A DNA stretch of 64,000 bases from Deltaproteobacteria bacterium (GTDB lineage Bacteria; CG2-30-53-67), in contig JAADIO010000046.1 of assembly GCA_013151235.1 (NCBI GenBank), positions 1 to 64,000 on the forward strand. The letters are read 5' to 3'. Of the stretch, positions 1-9,773 are shown piece by piece. A program made the position numbers and the translations under genes. Within the stretch, counting starts at the first letter, position 1. Every line of letters begins with the position of its first letter. The notes below the pieces were generated by a model. It was not told the DNA's origin. It saw nothing but the letters and a program-made list of their open reading frames with translations, and did no database searches.

Positions 1-1
1 G

Positions 2-457
2 TTGGAGCGGGTTTTTTCGGGCGCGATCATGGTGAAAGAAGGAGAGGCCCAGTACATCAAGAGCCCGTCGGATGTGGGAACAGGCAAGGCAAAGGATGAG
101 AAGGCTCCCCTGTCCGAAATCATCGAAGTCCTCAACGAGCGATTCGGAACCAGATTCACGGAGGAGGACAGACTTTTCTTTCAGCAGATCAAGGAGAAGG
201 CCTGCCGAAGCGAACAAATTGTCCGGACGGCAATGGCAAACCCACTCGACAAGTTCGAGCTGGGAATCCGCAAGCTCGTTGAAGGACTCATGATCGAACG
301 TATGGCCGACAACGACAAGATCGTAACGAGATACATGGCGGATCCTGAGTTTCAGGGTTCAGCGTTTCCGATTCTCGCGCGGGAGATCTTCGACTCCATA
401 CGTTCTGCGGAAACCGGTGCTCCAACGGCGGAGAAGGCTGATGATGTTTCTTCCTGA
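2..457 (+). CDS. hsdR: Type I restriction endonuclease R subunit, C-terminal part (5'-truncated by the window edge)
   Basis: PLSEIIEVLNERFGTRFTEEDRLFFQQI...AMANPLDKF...RYMADPEF resembles the C-terminal region of HsdR proteins. Confidence 0.75.
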   Translation: MERVFSGAIMVKEGEAQYIKSPSDVGTGKAKDEKAPLSEIIEVLNERFGTRFTEEDRLFFQQIKEKACRSEQIVRTAMANPLDKFELGIRKLVEGLMIERMADNDKIVTRYMADPEFQGSAFPILAREIFDSIRSAETGAPTAEKADDVSS

Positions 458-501
458 AAACAAAGCTATTTCGGCTGTCCATAGAGGGACTCACTGTGGC
501 A

Positions 502-726
502 ATGGATAAACATAATTTTTCCGAACTCGTAAAGGAAATCCGAAAGCATCTGGCCTTGAGTCAGGAGGATCTGGCCCGCGAGCTCGGAGTCAGCTTTGCT
601 ACCATTAACCGTTGGGAAAACAAGAGGGCCAAACCGTCGAAACTGGCGAAAGCGCAGTTTGACCGGTTTTTCGCCCGAATGGTTCAACGAGGAAAGCTGA
701 AGGGTTTCGAAGGTGGACCTAAATAG
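502..726 (+). CDS. XRE-family helix-turn-helix regulator
   Basis: VKEIRKHLALSQEDLARELGVSFATINRWEN is a classic HTH_3 motif; alternative GTG start at 496. Confidence 0.85.
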   Translation: MDKHNFSELVKEIRKHLALSQEDLARELGVSFATINRWENKRAKPSKLAKAQFDRFFARMVQRGKLKGFEGGPK

Positions 727-954
727 GAAATATTCAGACTTGAGTTACGCCATCACCGCATTTGATATGCAAACGGGAATCGAACCCGCGCCTGTCGCGG
801 CGTAGCGGAAAGCGAAGCCGGATCCATTCTCTGTTTGGGGATTACGGATTGCGCAGCAAACGGAATGCGAGCCGCAGGCGAGTCCCGAAGGGATGCCACT
901 GCGAAGCAGGGTACAAAATGTGGAGAAAAACATTTCTCGCTCAGGGATGCGGAG

Positions 955-1047
955 AACGGTCCCGTCCAAGTGTTGCCGGACGATCACCTTACGTTTTGCA
1001 TAGCTGTGTCCTCCTTTTCCGGCAGGCACATCAATTTGGAGCCCCCC
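955..1047 (-). mobile_element. Probable IS481/ISNCY-like transposase C-terminal remnant
   Basis: Minus-frame peptide GLQIDVPAGKGGHSYAKRKVIVRQHLDGTV resembles the LQI...SYAKAKVxVRxHLDGT tail of these transposases; no DDE core visible. Confidence 0.5.
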
Positions 1048-1096
1048 TATCCAGCCATTCGTCGGCCCTGTGCTGACACACTGATCTTTTGCGTAC

Positions 1097-1140
1097 TTGA
1101 CATATATGTATTCATGATTTACCATACATACCTATGGTAA
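1097..1140 (+). promoter_or_regulatory. Sigma70 promoter with an operator palindrome for the toxin-antitoxin pair
   Basis: TTGACA(1097)-N17-TACCAT(1120); inverted repeat TTACCATA-N6-TATGGTAA (1119-1140) overlaps the -10. Confidence 0.6.
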
Positions 1141-1177
1141 TCAAGATTCGTCTAATGAATGGAGGAGGATAAAAAGA

Positions 1178-1399
1178 ATGAAGGCAAAAGTTGCGGAACG
1201 AGGACAGGTGACTATTCCCAAAGTACTCCGCGATCGTCTGGGAATTCGGCCGGGTACGATGTTGGAATTTTGTGAGAAGTCCGGAAAGCTGATCGTTGTC
1301 AAGATGGAAGAGATGGACGTCGTCGATAAAGTGTATGGTTCTCTGAGTAGCGGCCGACGGTCCGATGATATACTGCGTGAGTTGCGAGGTGAATCATGA
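1178..1399 (+). CDS. AbrB/MazE/SpoVT-family antitoxin
   Basis: KVAERGQVTIPKVLRDRLGIRPG motif; GGAGG RBS; overlaps the toxin start (ATGA). Confidence 0.9.
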   Translation: MKAKVAERGQVTIPKVLRDRLGIRPGTMLEFCEKSGKLIVVKMEEMDVVDKVYGSLSSGRRSDDILRELRGES

Positions 1400-1797
1400 T
1401 TACGGCCGTCGATACCAATATCCTTGTGGATGTTTTTGAGGCGGACCCGGATCATGGACCGGCATCCAGGGATGCATTGAAGCGTTGCCTGTTGGAAGGT
1501 TCCGTGGTTGCATGTGAGGTGGTATGGGCCGAGGTCGCCACCGCCTATGGAGCCTCATTGAAGAAAGTAACGAAAGTCTTTGAGAGTATCGGAATCACCT
1601 ATTCTCCGATGACCCGGGAATCGGCTTTGGAGGCTGCGAAATTCTGGTATCGTTATCGGAAGAAGGGAGGGAGACGCACTCGTATTGCAGCGGACTTCCT
1701 GATCGGAGGCCATGCTTTGATTCAGTGTGACCGACTGCTTACCCGGGATAAAGGGTTTTATTCCGGAAACTTTCAATTGTTGAAATTGTTTGCCTGA
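1396..1797 (+). CDS. vapC: PIN-domain VapC toxin
   Basis: AVDTNILVD, EV.AE, ADFLIGGHA, LLTRD PIN motifs. Confidence 0.9.
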   Translation: MITAVDTNILVDVFEADPDHGPASRDALKRCLLEGSVVACEVVWAEVATAYGASLKKVTKVFESIGITYSPMTRESALEAAKFWYRYRKKGGRRTRIAADFLIGGHALIQCDRLLTRDKGFYSGNFQLLKLFA

Positions 1798-1829
1798 TCA
1801 TGTTGCCCAAATCCTGCCCATAAAAGGTT

Positions 1830-1950
1830 GATGGTCTCGTAAAAAGTCATTCCCCGGGTTCCGTTCATGGTTCGACAGGCTTCCGAGTATGGTGCCGAAT
1901 CGCACGAACAATGACTTACACCGCTCGCTCTGGGGGATTTCACGGAAAGC
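1830..1950 (+). mobile_element. Degenerate copy of the MITE family
   Basis: GATGGTCTCGTAAAAAGTCATT...TTCCGTTCATGGTTCGACA...AATGACTTACACCG aligns with 27898-28075; right end degraded. Confidence 0.7.
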
Positions 1951-1961
1951 CGGTGTGATTC

Positions 1962-1990
1962 TTGACAGTTTCGGAGTTCTTGGGTATATT
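1962..1990 (+). promoter_or_regulatory. Sigma70-type promoter
   Basis: TTGACA-N17-TATATT. Confidence 0.6.
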
Positions 1991-1995
1991 GATGA

Positions 1996-2129
1996 TACAT
2001 AGTCGTTTCAGCGGGCGGAAAAGATTTCATGATGGAAAACCTGATATGAGGTTTTCGGGCTGTCGCGCTGAGACGTCCGTTCCCCGGCACCCCCGATCGC
2101 GATGCAAAACGATTGCGGGTGCCGTTTTT
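1996..2129 (+). ncRNA. Candidate structured small RNA or leader RNA upstream of trpE
   Basis: Own promoter; stem 2004-2013/2066-2075, inner hairpin 2035-2042/2049-2056, terminator hairpin 2085-2124 followed by T5. Confidence 0.4.
2085..2129 (+). terminator. Rho-independent terminator
   Basis: CGGCACCC...GGGTGCCG followed by TTTTT. Confidence 0.55.
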
Positions 2130-2188
2130 GTCTCCCCATCAATATCGCTTTCTCCTTGTTTTTGAAGCAGTTAGCGAGGCCATTCTCC

Positions 2189-2218
2189 TTGACAGAGTTC
2201 CTCCGGATGTGCTAAATT
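2189..2218 (+). promoter_or_regulatory. Putative trpE promoter
   Basis: TTGACA-N18-TAAATT with a TG extended -10. Confidence 0.5.
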
Positions 2219-2251
2219 TACAAATTCTTTTTCTAGTGTTGAAGGAATGCC

Positions 2252-3736
2252 ATGCTTTCTCCATCCCTTGAGGAATTTGTTGAAAAATCGAGGTCCGGCA
2301 ACCTGATCCCGGTCTATAAGGAGATCCTGGCCGACATGGAAACGCCGGTCTCCGCTTTTCGCAAGATCGACGACGGGGAGTATGCCTTTCTCCTGGAGAG
2401 TGTCGAAGGGGGCGAGAAGTGGGGGCGGTACAGCTTCCTCGGAAGCACTCCCTTTTCCGTTCTGAAAGGGAAAGGGGATCAGGTGCAGGTAATCCGTCAG
2501 GGGCGGGAGAAGACCTTTACCGTTTCCGACCCGATCGCTTTCGTGCAGGAAGAGATGGCACGTTTCCATCCGGTGGCCGATCCGGCCCTGCCCCGCTTCG
2601 TCGGGGGCGCCGTCGGCTACATCGGCTACGACATGGTCCGTTTTTTTGAGCCGATCCCGGAATTTCCCAAGGAGGATGCCGGTTTTCCCGATATGCTCCT
2701 CATGATCATGACCGACCTGCTGATCTTCGATAATCTGGAGAAGAAGATCCAGATTGTCTCGAATGTTTTTCTCCGGGAGGGCGAGGACCCGGAAGCGGCC
2801 TACCGGCAGGCCGAAGAACGGATCGACGGGATGATCGCCCGGCTCAATGTTCCCTGTGAAATCGTTAACCTGAGCCTGCCCCGGCCGGGGGAACTTCCGG
2901 TTCCGGAATCGAGCTTTACCCGGGAGCGGTTCCGTGAAGTGGTCGAACGGGCCAAGGAATATATCCTGGCCGGCGATATCATTCAGGTGGTCCTCTCCCA
3001 GCGTTTCCACTCGAAACTTGAGAACGATCCCTTCGACATCTATCGGGTACTCCGGACGGTGAATCCTTCTCCCTACATGTTTTTCCTGCACCTGGGGTCG
3101 ATCCGGATCGTGGGGTCGTCGCCCGAGGTCCTCGTTCGTGTGGAAATGGGGCAGGTGGAGGTCCGTCCCATTGCCGGGACCCGGCCCCGGGGAAGAAACG
3201 ACGCCGAGGATCAGGCCCTGATCGATGAATTGCTCGCCGACCCCAAGGAACGGGCGGAACATATCATGCTCGTCGACCTCGGGCGCAATGATGTGGGGCG
3301 GGTGGCGAAGACCGGGACGGTCAGGGTCAAGGAGTTGATGGTGATCGAAAAATATTCCCATGTCATGCACATCGTCTCCGACGTGGTCGGCGAACTGGCC
3401 GAGGGGAAGAATGCCTATGATGTGCTTCGGGCCTGTTTTCCGGCGGGGACCGTCTCCGGCGCCCCCAAGATCCGCGCCATGCAGATCATCGAGGAACTCG
3501 AACCGGTCCGGCGCGGCCCCTATGCGGGGGCGGTGGGGTATATCGGGTTTTCCGGGAACATGGATACCTGTATCACTATCCGGACGATGATCATCCGGGA
3601 CGACGATCTCTATCTTCAGGCCGGCGCAGGGATAGTAGCCGATTCCGACCCGGAACGGGAGTATGTGGAGACACTGAACAAGGCCAAGGGGATGCTGAAG
3701 GCGATCGAGATTACGAGGCGGGGAATCAGGAATTAG
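2252..3736 (+). CDS. trpE: Anthranilate synthase component I
   Basis: LLESVEGGEKWGRYS, NPSPYMF, PIAGT, KERAEHIMLVDLGRND, GTVSGAPK. Confidence 0.97.
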   Translation: MLSPSLEEFVEKSRSGNLIPVYKEILADMETPVSAFRKIDDGEYAFLLESVEGGEKWGRYSFLGSTPFSVLKGKGDQVQVIRQGREKTFTVSDPIAFVQEEMARFHPVADPALPRFVGGAVGYIGYDMVRFFEPIPEFPKEDAGFPDMLLMIMTDLLIFDNLEKKIQIVSNVFLREGEDPEAAYRQAEERIDGMIARLNVPCEIVNLSLPRPGELPVPESSFTRERFREVVERAKEYILAGDIIQVVLSQRFHSKLENDPFDIYRVLRTVNPSPYMFFLHLGSIRIVGSSPEVLVRVEMGQVEVRPIAGTRPRGRNDAEDQALIDELLADPKERAEHIMLVDLGRNDVGRVAKTGTVRVKELMVIEKYSHVMHIVSDVVGELAEGKNAYDVLRACFPAGTVSGAPKIRAMQIIEELEPVRRGPYAGAVGYIGFSGNMDTCITIRTMIIRDDDLYLQAGAGIVADSDPEREYVETLNKAKGMLKAIEITRRGIRN

Positions 3737-3795
3737 AAAATAGAAATTGGAAACTGGGAATTGAAAAATAGAAACCGGGAACTGGAAAACGGGGA
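3730..3795 (+). repeat. Degenerate heptamer tandem repeat (GAAATTG/GAAAYAG-like)
   Basis: GAATTAG AAAATAG AAATTGG AAACTGG GAATTGA AAAATAG AAACCGG GAACTGG; similar run near 56572-56598. Confidence 0.6.
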
Positions 3796-3882
3796 TCCGG
3801 AATCAGTAAATGGTCATAGGGACAGGGTCCCGATGAGGTCGGATCGGCGTCGGCCGACCGAGGATGACCGGGGGCAGTCATT

Positions 3883-4449
3883 ATGTTGTTTATGATTGAT
3901 AACTACGATTCCTTTACGTATAACCTCGTTCAGTATCTCGGAGAGCTGGGCGAGGAACCGGTGGTCTACCGCAACGACCGGATCACCGTCGGGGAAATCG
4001 AAGCGATGAAGCCGGACCGTCTGGTGATTTCGCCCGGTCCCTGCACGCCGAAGGAAGCGGGAATCTCGGTTGAGGTGATCCGGCATTTTGCCGGGAAGCT
4101 TCCGATCCTCGGCGTCTGTCTGGGACACCAGTCGATCGGGGCCGCCTTCGGCGCCGAGATTGTCGGGGCGAAAAAACTGATGCACGGCAAGACCTCTCAG
4201 GTAAAACATGACGGGAAGGGGGTCTTCCGGGGGCTTCCAAATCCGTTTACGGCGACCCGTTATCATTCGCTGGTCATCGAGCGGGGAAGCCTTCCCGATG
4301 ATCTTCTGGTGACCGCCGAGGCGGAGGACGGGGAGATTATGGGGATCCGGCATCGAAGCCTGCCCATCGAAGGGGTCCAGTTCCATCCGGAATCGATCCT
4401 CACTGAAGTGGGCCATGATCTTTTACGGAATTTTCTGCGGATAGGTTGA
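3883..4449 (+). CDS. trpG: Anthranilate synthase component II (glutamine amidotransferase)
   Basis: [27 protein letters not shown]. Confidence 0.95.
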   Translation: MLFMIDNYDSFTYNLVQYLGELGEEPVVYRNDRITVGEIEAMKPDRLVISPGPCTPKEAGISVEVIRHFAGKLPILGVCLGHQSIGAAFGAEIVGAKKLMHGKTSQVKHDGKGVFRGLPNPFTATRYHSLVIERGSLPDDLLVTAEAEDGEIMGIRHRSLPIEGVQFHPESILTEVGHDLLRNFLRIG

Positions 4450-4494
4450 GGGGACTGTGCCGGGGCGACGAATCGTTGAATTTTCGCAGGGAGT

Positions 4495-5517
4495 ATGATG
4501 ATGATTGTCAATGCGATCAAGAAGATCGTCGAGAGGGAAGACCTGGATCGGGAGGCCTGTTACGGCGCCATGGACGATATCATGGGCGGGCGGGCGACGC
4601 CGGCCCAGATTGCATCGTTTATCACGGCCCTTAGGATGAAGGGGGAGACGGTGGAAGAGATCGCCGCCTGCGCCCGGGTGATGCGGGACCGGCTGATCCG
4701 GGTCGAGGTGGACCGTGAAGGGCTGGTCGACACCTGCGGGACCGGCGGAGACGGCGCCCGGACCTTCAACATCTCCACCACGGCGGCCTTCGTTGTCGCC
4801 GGGGCCGGGATCCCCGTGGCCAAACACGGGAACCGTTCCGTTTCGAGTAAGAGCGGGAGCGCCGATCTTTTTGCCGCCCTGGGAGTGAATATCGAAGCGG
4901 GTATCGATGTGGTGAAACGGTGTATCGCCGAGGCGGGGATCGGTTTTCTCTTTGCGCCCCTTCTCCACGGTGCGATGAAGCATGCCATCGGCCCCCGGAG
5001 GGAGATCGGGATCCGGACGGTCTTCAATATCCTGGGACCCCTGACCAATCCGGCGGGAGCGAAGCGGCAGGTGGTCGGGGTCTTCTCCGGTGAGCTGACG
5101 GAACCGATCTGTGAGGTCTTAAATGAACTCGGTTGTGAGCGGGCCTATGTGGTTCACGGTCATGACGGTCTGGACGAGATTACCGCGACCGGCGGAACAC
5201 GAATTTCGGAGCTTAAAAACGGCAGGGTGTTGACCTTCGACCTCGATCCCGCCGACTACGGTTTTCCCTGCTGTCGTTCCGGGGATCTTAGGGGCGGGGA
5301 TGCAAAGCTCAATGCCGGGATCACCCTGGCGATCCTGAACGGGGAGACCGGGCCGAAGCGGGATGTTACCCTGCTCAATGCTGCGGCGGCGATACACGTC
5401 GGGGGTGTTGGGAAGGATTTCGGCGAGGCCCTCGATGCCGCCCGGGAATCGATCGATTCGGGACGGGCCCTCAAATGCCTGGAGGAGATGAAACGGATCA
5501 GCAATGAGCCGGTCTGA
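4495..5517 (+). CDS. trpD: Anthranilate phosphoribosyltransferase
   Basis: [28 protein letters not shown]. Confidence 0.97.
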   Translation: MMMIVNAIKKIVEREDLDREACYGAMDDIMGGRATPAQIASFITALRMKGETVEEIAACARVMRDRLIRVEVDREGLVDTCGTGGDGARTFNISTTAAFVVAGAGIPVAKHGNRSVSSKSGSADLFAALGVNIEAGIDVVKRCIAEAGIGFLFAPLLHGAMKHAIGPRREIGIRTVFNILGPLTNPAGAKRQVVGVFSGELTEPICEVLNELGCERAYVVHGHDGLDEITATGGTRISELKNGRVLTFDLDPADYGFPCCRSGDLRGGDAKLNAGITLAILNGETGPKRDVTLLNAAAAIHVGGVGKDFGEALDAARESIDSGRALKCLEEMKRISNEPV

Positions 5518-5608
5518 CTTTCCCTTCGTATATCCTGACTTATTTTTCTCCGGTATTTCCATGATCCGGCTGCACGAGGGAAGGAAAAACAAAAAGGGTT
5601 TGTAAGCC

Positions 5609-6403
5609 TTGATTCTGGATGATATAGTGGCGAAGGTTCGCGGGCGTCTTGCCGAAAGGAAGACGTTGACGCCGCTGCCGGTACTGCAGAGACAGGCGGA
5701 GGCGCAGCCGGGGTGTCTCGATTTTGCCGGGGCGATCGCGGGGAGAGAGAAGAAGACAATCCGGGTGATCGCGGAAGTGAAGAAGGCTTCTCCCTCCAAG
5801 GGAGTCATCCGGGAGAATTTCGATCCGGTTGGAATCGCCCGGGACTATGAACAGTCCGGTGCCGCGGCGGTCTCCGTCCTGACGGAAGAGGATTTTTTCC
5901 AGGGTCGTCCTGATTTTCTTTCTTCAATCCGGAAGGCCGTCTCCGTTCCGTTGCTGCGGAAGGATTTTATAATCGACCCCTACCAGGTCCGGGAGGCGCG
6001 GGCATTGGGGGCCGATGCCTTTCTCTTGATCGTGGCGCTTCTCGATAAGCAAAAACTTGAGGAGCTGATCCTGTTGGGACGAGAGATCGGTATGCAGGCG
6101 TTGGTGGAGGTCCACTCCGGGGAGGAACTGGACCGGGCGCTGGACACTTCTGCCGGGATCATCGGGATCAACAACCGGGACCTTGCGACCTTTGCCACCG
6201 ACCTGGAAACCACCTTCCGGCTGCGTGAACGGATCGGTGCGGACCGGATCGTCGTCAGCGAAAGCGGGATCCGGGAGGCTGCGGATCTTGTCCGTCTTCA
6301 GAAGGCGGGTGTCGATGCCGTGCTGGTGGGGGAAACGCTGATGCGAGCTCCGCGTCCCGGGGAACAATTGCAGGCCCTTCTTCCGAAAGGACCGGCGGCA
6401 TGA
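5609..6403 (+). CDS. trpC: Indole-3-glycerol phosphate synthase
   Basis: IAEVKKASPSKG, LRKDF, GINNRDL, SESGI; TTG start. Confidence 0.96.
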   Translation: MILDDIVAKVRGRLAERKTLTPLPVLQRQAEAQPGCLDFAGAIAGREKKTIRVIAEVKKASPSKGVIRENFDPVGIARDYEQSGAAAVSVLTEEDFFQGRPDFLSSIRKAVSVPLLRKDFIIDPYQVREARALGADAFLLIVALLDKQKLEELILLGREIGMQALVEVHSGEELDRALDTSAGIIGINNRDLATFATDLETTFRLRERIGADRIVVSESGIREAADLVRLQKAGVDAVLVGETLMRAPRPGEQLQALLPKGPAA

Positions 6404-7047
6404 GGACCCGGATCAAGATCTGCGGGATTACGAATCTCGACGACGCTCTTTTTGCCGTGGAGGCCGGCGCCGATGCCCTGGGATTTGTCTTTCATTCCGG
6501 AAGTCCGCGGCGGATCGATGCGGAGAGCGTCCGGGCGATTGTTCGTCATCTTCCTCCCTTTGCGACGGTGGTCGGGGTTTTCGTGGACGAGAAGATCGAG
6601 ACCGTCCGGGAGATCGCAAGGTATTGTGATCTCGATCTCTGCCAGTTACATGGGGATGAATCGCCGGAGTTCTGCGAATGGTGTGAGCGACGCGTGATCA
6701 AGGCCTTCCGGATCCGGGACCGCTCGTTTCTGGAGGAGATGAAACGTTACGACGTGTCGGGGTTTCTTCTGGATGCCTGGCATCCGGACCGGTACGGGGG
6801 GACGGGAGAGGCCGCCGACCGGACCCTGGCGCAGGAAGCCGCCGGGAAGGAGAGGGTGATCCTGGCCGGGGGCTTGACGCCGGAGAACGTGGGCGAGGCG
6901 ATTGCCCGGGTCCGCCCCTACGGGGTGGATGTCAGCTCCGGCGTGGAGGTGTCACCGGGACAAAAGGATCGGGACAAGGTACGCCGTTTTATCGAAGCGG
7001 TGAATGAGATTGATGCCCGTATCTACGGGCCGGAGAATGCAGTATGA
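6400..7047 (+). CDS. trpF: Phosphoribosylanthranilate isomerase
   Basis: KICGIT, QLHGDE, LAGGL, DVSSGVE. Confidence 0.96.
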   Translation: MRTRIKICGITNLDDALFAVEAGADALGFVFHSGSPRRIDAESVRAIVRHLPPFATVVGVFVDEKIETVREIARYCDLDLCQLHGDESPEFCEWCERRVIKAFRIRDRSFLEEMKRYDVSGFLLDAWHPDRYGGTGEAADRTLAQEAAGKERVILAGGLTPENVGEAIARVRPYGVDVSSGVEVSPGQKDRDKVRRFIEAVNEIDARIYGPENAV

Positions 7048-8260
7048 ATTTGCCTGATGAGCGGGGACACTTTGAGGAGTTCGGTGGGAAGTACGTCCCC
7101 GAGACGCTGATGCCGGCGCTGGATGAGCTGGAACAGGAATACTGGCGGGCCCTCAAAGACCCGGAATTCAAAAAAGAATTTCAGGGCTATCTGCGGGAAT
7201 ATGTCGGGCGTCCCACGCCGCTTTATCTGGCGGAACGGCTGACGGAGCGTCTGCAGGGGGCCCGGATCTATCTGAAGCGGGAGGACCTGAACCATACCGG
7301 AGCGCATAAGATCAACAATGCCATCGGCCAGGTCCTGCTGGCCCGGCGGATGGGAAAGAAACGGATCATTGCCGAGACCGGCGCCGGACAGCACGGCGTG
7401 GCCACGGCCACGGCGGCGGCCATGTTCGGCCTGGAGTGCGAAGTCTTCATGGGGCAGGAGGATATCGAGCGGCAGGCGCTCAACGTCTTCCGGATGCGGC
7501 TCTTAGGGGCCCGCGTGACGCCGGTGACCTCCGGAACCTGTACCCTGAAAGATGCATGCAATGAAGCGATCCGGGACTGGGTCACGAACGTGGAGCATAC
7601 CTATTACATTATCGGTTCCGTCGTCGGTCCCCATCCCTATCCGATGATCGTCCGGGACTTTCAATCGGTCATCGGGGAAGAGGCCCGGGAACAGATTCTG
7701 CAGAAGGAAGGTCGGCCGCCCGATCTCCTGGTCGCCTGTGTGGGCGGGGGAAGCAATGCCATCGGTCTGTTTCATGCATTTGTCGATGACCGTTTGGTAC
7801 GTATGATCGGTGTGGAAGCGGCGGGACTCGGTCTTGAGGTGGAAAACATGCCGCCTCGATCCTGGGAGGCCAACGGGGTGTTCTCCACGGGAACATGAGC
7901 TTTCTGCTCCAGGATGAAAACGGGCAGGTGACCCCGGCCCATTCCATTTCCGCCGGGCTCGACTATCCCGGTGTCGGTCCGGAACACGCCTGGCTGCACA
8001 CCACCGGCCGGGCCGAGTATGTGGCGATCACCGATGCGGAGGCGTTGGAAGGGTTTCAGCTCCTTTCCGAGACGGAAGGGATCATTCCCGCCCTGGAAAG
8101 CGCCCACGCCATCGCCTATCTGAAGAAACTGATCCCCGAGATTCCGAAGGATCGGATCGTGATTCTCAATCTCTCCGGGCGGGGAGACAAAGACGTTACG
8201 CAGGTCGCTGAGATTCTGAAGGGCGACCGGCCCGGTCGTGAAAAGGAAGGAAAATCGTGA
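7044..8260 (+). pseudogene. trpB: Tryptophan synthase beta chain with a 1-bp frameshift near 7838-7841 (true lesion or sequence error)
   Basis: [22 protein letters not shown] and CVGGGSN in one frame; after GAG GT GGA the sequence [17 protein letters not shown]...[22 protein letters not shown] continues in another frame. Confidence 0.9.
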
Positions 8261-9060
8261 GCAGGCTTGACGAAGTTTTTGAAAAAGCCGGAAGAGAAAA
8301 CCGTGCGGCCCTGATGCCCTTTCTTACGGCCGGGGACCCGACCTTAGAGCATACCGGTCGATACATCCTGGAGATGGAGAAGAACGGCGCCGACATCGTG
8401 GAGTTGGGGATTCCCTTCTCCGATCCCCTGGCGGACGGTCCCACCATTCAGCGGTCCTCTCAACGGGCGTTGGCGGGTGGGGTGACCCTTCGGGCCATCC
8501 TTGAATTTGTCGGTGACCTGCGCCGGAAGACCTCTCTTCCGATTGTTCTGATGGGCTATTACAATCCGATCTTCCATTTCGGGGTGACCTCCTTTGTGGA
8601 GGCGGCAAAAGGTGCGGGGGCCGACGGTCTCATCGTGCCGGATCTTCCGCCGGAAGAGGCCGGGGAGTTGATCCCGGCGGCGAGAAAGGCGGATCTTGAT
8701 ACGGTCTTTCTCCTGGCGCCGACGAGTACGCCGGAACGGATCGGAAAGATTGCCGAAGTGAGCCGGGGGTTTATCTACTATGTTTCCCTGACGGGGGTGA
8801 CCGGCGCCCGGACAACCCTTTCGACCGGGATTGAAAACGCCATTGCCCGAATCCGGGAAGTGACGGCCATGCCGGTCTGTATCGGATTCGGGATTTCTTC
8901 CCCCGGGCATGTGGAACGCGTTCGTGCCTGTGCCGACGGTGTGATCGTGGGGAGCGCCGTCGTGGGGCTGATCGAGAAGGCCGGCGGGGAGACCGGGGGG
9001 GTGGCCGAGGTCGGACGGTTTATTGCAAAGCTGAAGGCCGCGACCGTAAAAGGGGGATAA
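8257..9060 (+). CDS. trpA: Tryptophan synthase alpha chain
   Basis: [32 protein letters not shown]. Confidence 0.97.
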   Translation: MSRLDEVFEKAGRENRAALMPFLTAGDPTLEHTGRYILEMEKNGADIVELGIPFSDPLADGPTIQRSSQRALAGGVTLRAILEFVGDLRRKTSLPIVLMGYYNPIFHFGVTSFVEAAKGAGADGLIVPDLPPEEAGELIPAARKADLDTVFLLAPTSTPERIGKIAEVSRGFIYYVSLTGVTGARTTLSTGIENAIARIREVTAMPVCIGFGISSPGHVERVRACADGVIVGSAVVGLIEKAGGETGGVAEVGRFIAKLKAATVKGG

Positions 9061-9069
9061 GGAGGCGAT

Positions 9070-9762
9070 ATGGATTCGGTGGAGCGAGGCATGGGAATCC
9101 GGGTGGGCGAAGAGGCGGAGGGGGATCTCTTCAGTCGTTACGGGGAAGTCGTTTCCCGGGGGACGGTCCTTTTCTATGAGGGAGACCCCGGGCGGGAGAT
9201 GTATATCATCCTCTCGGGCAAGGTCCGTATTGCCAAAGAGGCTTCGGGTATGGAGAAGGTCCTGGTTGTTCTCGGCAAAGGGGAGTTCTTCGGAGAGATG
9301 GCGATTCTGAATAACAAGCCCCGCTCCGCCACTGCGACGGTGATTGAGGATTGCCGGATACTGATTATCGACCGGGAAACCTTTGAGACGATGATTCGAA
9401 GCAACGGAGAGATCGCCGTCCGGATCATCAAGAAACTGGCCGCCCGGTTGCAGGAGGCGGACAACCAGATTGAGAATCTTCTTCTCCGGGACAACATGAG
9501 CCGTCTTGTCAATCACCTCAAGCGGAAGGCCCGGGAGGCCGGGGCGCCGGCAACGGGGGAATACCGCATGCCCTTTCTTCCGGAGGACTTTGCCTCCGAA
9601 GCGGGGATCTCCGGTCATCATTTAGAGGATCTGCTGAAGAAACTGAGGTCGGCAAAAATTGTCCGGACCGGCAAAGAAGAGATTACCATTGTACAGATGG
9701 AAGTCCTGGAGCGGTTTTCAAGGTACCTGGAAATGAAGGATCAATTCTGCAATCTCACCTGA
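9070..9762 (+). CDS. Crp/Fnr-family cyclic-nucleotide-binding regulator
   Basis: LFYEGDPG..MYIILSG, FFGEMAIL..PRSATA cNMP cassette; C-terminal HTH-like segment. Confidence 0.85.
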   Translation: MDSVERGMGIRVGEEAEGDLFSRYGEVVSRGTVLFYEGDPGREMYIILSGKVRIAKEASGMEKVLVVLGKGEFFGEMAILNNKPRSATATVIEDCRILIIDRETFETMIRSNGEIAVRIIKKLAARLQEADNQIENLLLRDNMSRLVNHLKRKAREAGAPATGEYRMPFLPEDFASEAGISGHHLEDLLKKLRSAKIVRTGKEEITIVQMEVLERFSRYLEMKDQFCNLT

Positions 9763-9773
9763 TGGAGTCCCCC

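Noticed and set aside
760-850. Complete tRNA gene
   Set aside because: Only a T-arm-like segment; no acceptor stem, anticodon arm or CCA
2029-2049. trpL leader peptide
   Set aside because: The mini-ORF MMENLI has no Trp codons
2012-2066. GEMM-I cyclic dinucleotide riboswitch (GGGCGGAAA...GGGCTGTCG similarity)
   Set aside because: The AAACC-P2 tetraloop element and P3 pairing are not evident; only short word matches
2171-3370. Long antisense ORFs (also 11250-12434, 38812-40383, 41836-43074, 52901-54544 and others)
   Set aside because: They shadow well-conserved genes on the opposite strand, as expected in GC-rich DNA, and show no recognisable motifs
7835-7850. Programmed frameshifting in trpB or bioA
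   Set aside because: No convincing slippery heptamer at either site; a simple indel is more parsimonious
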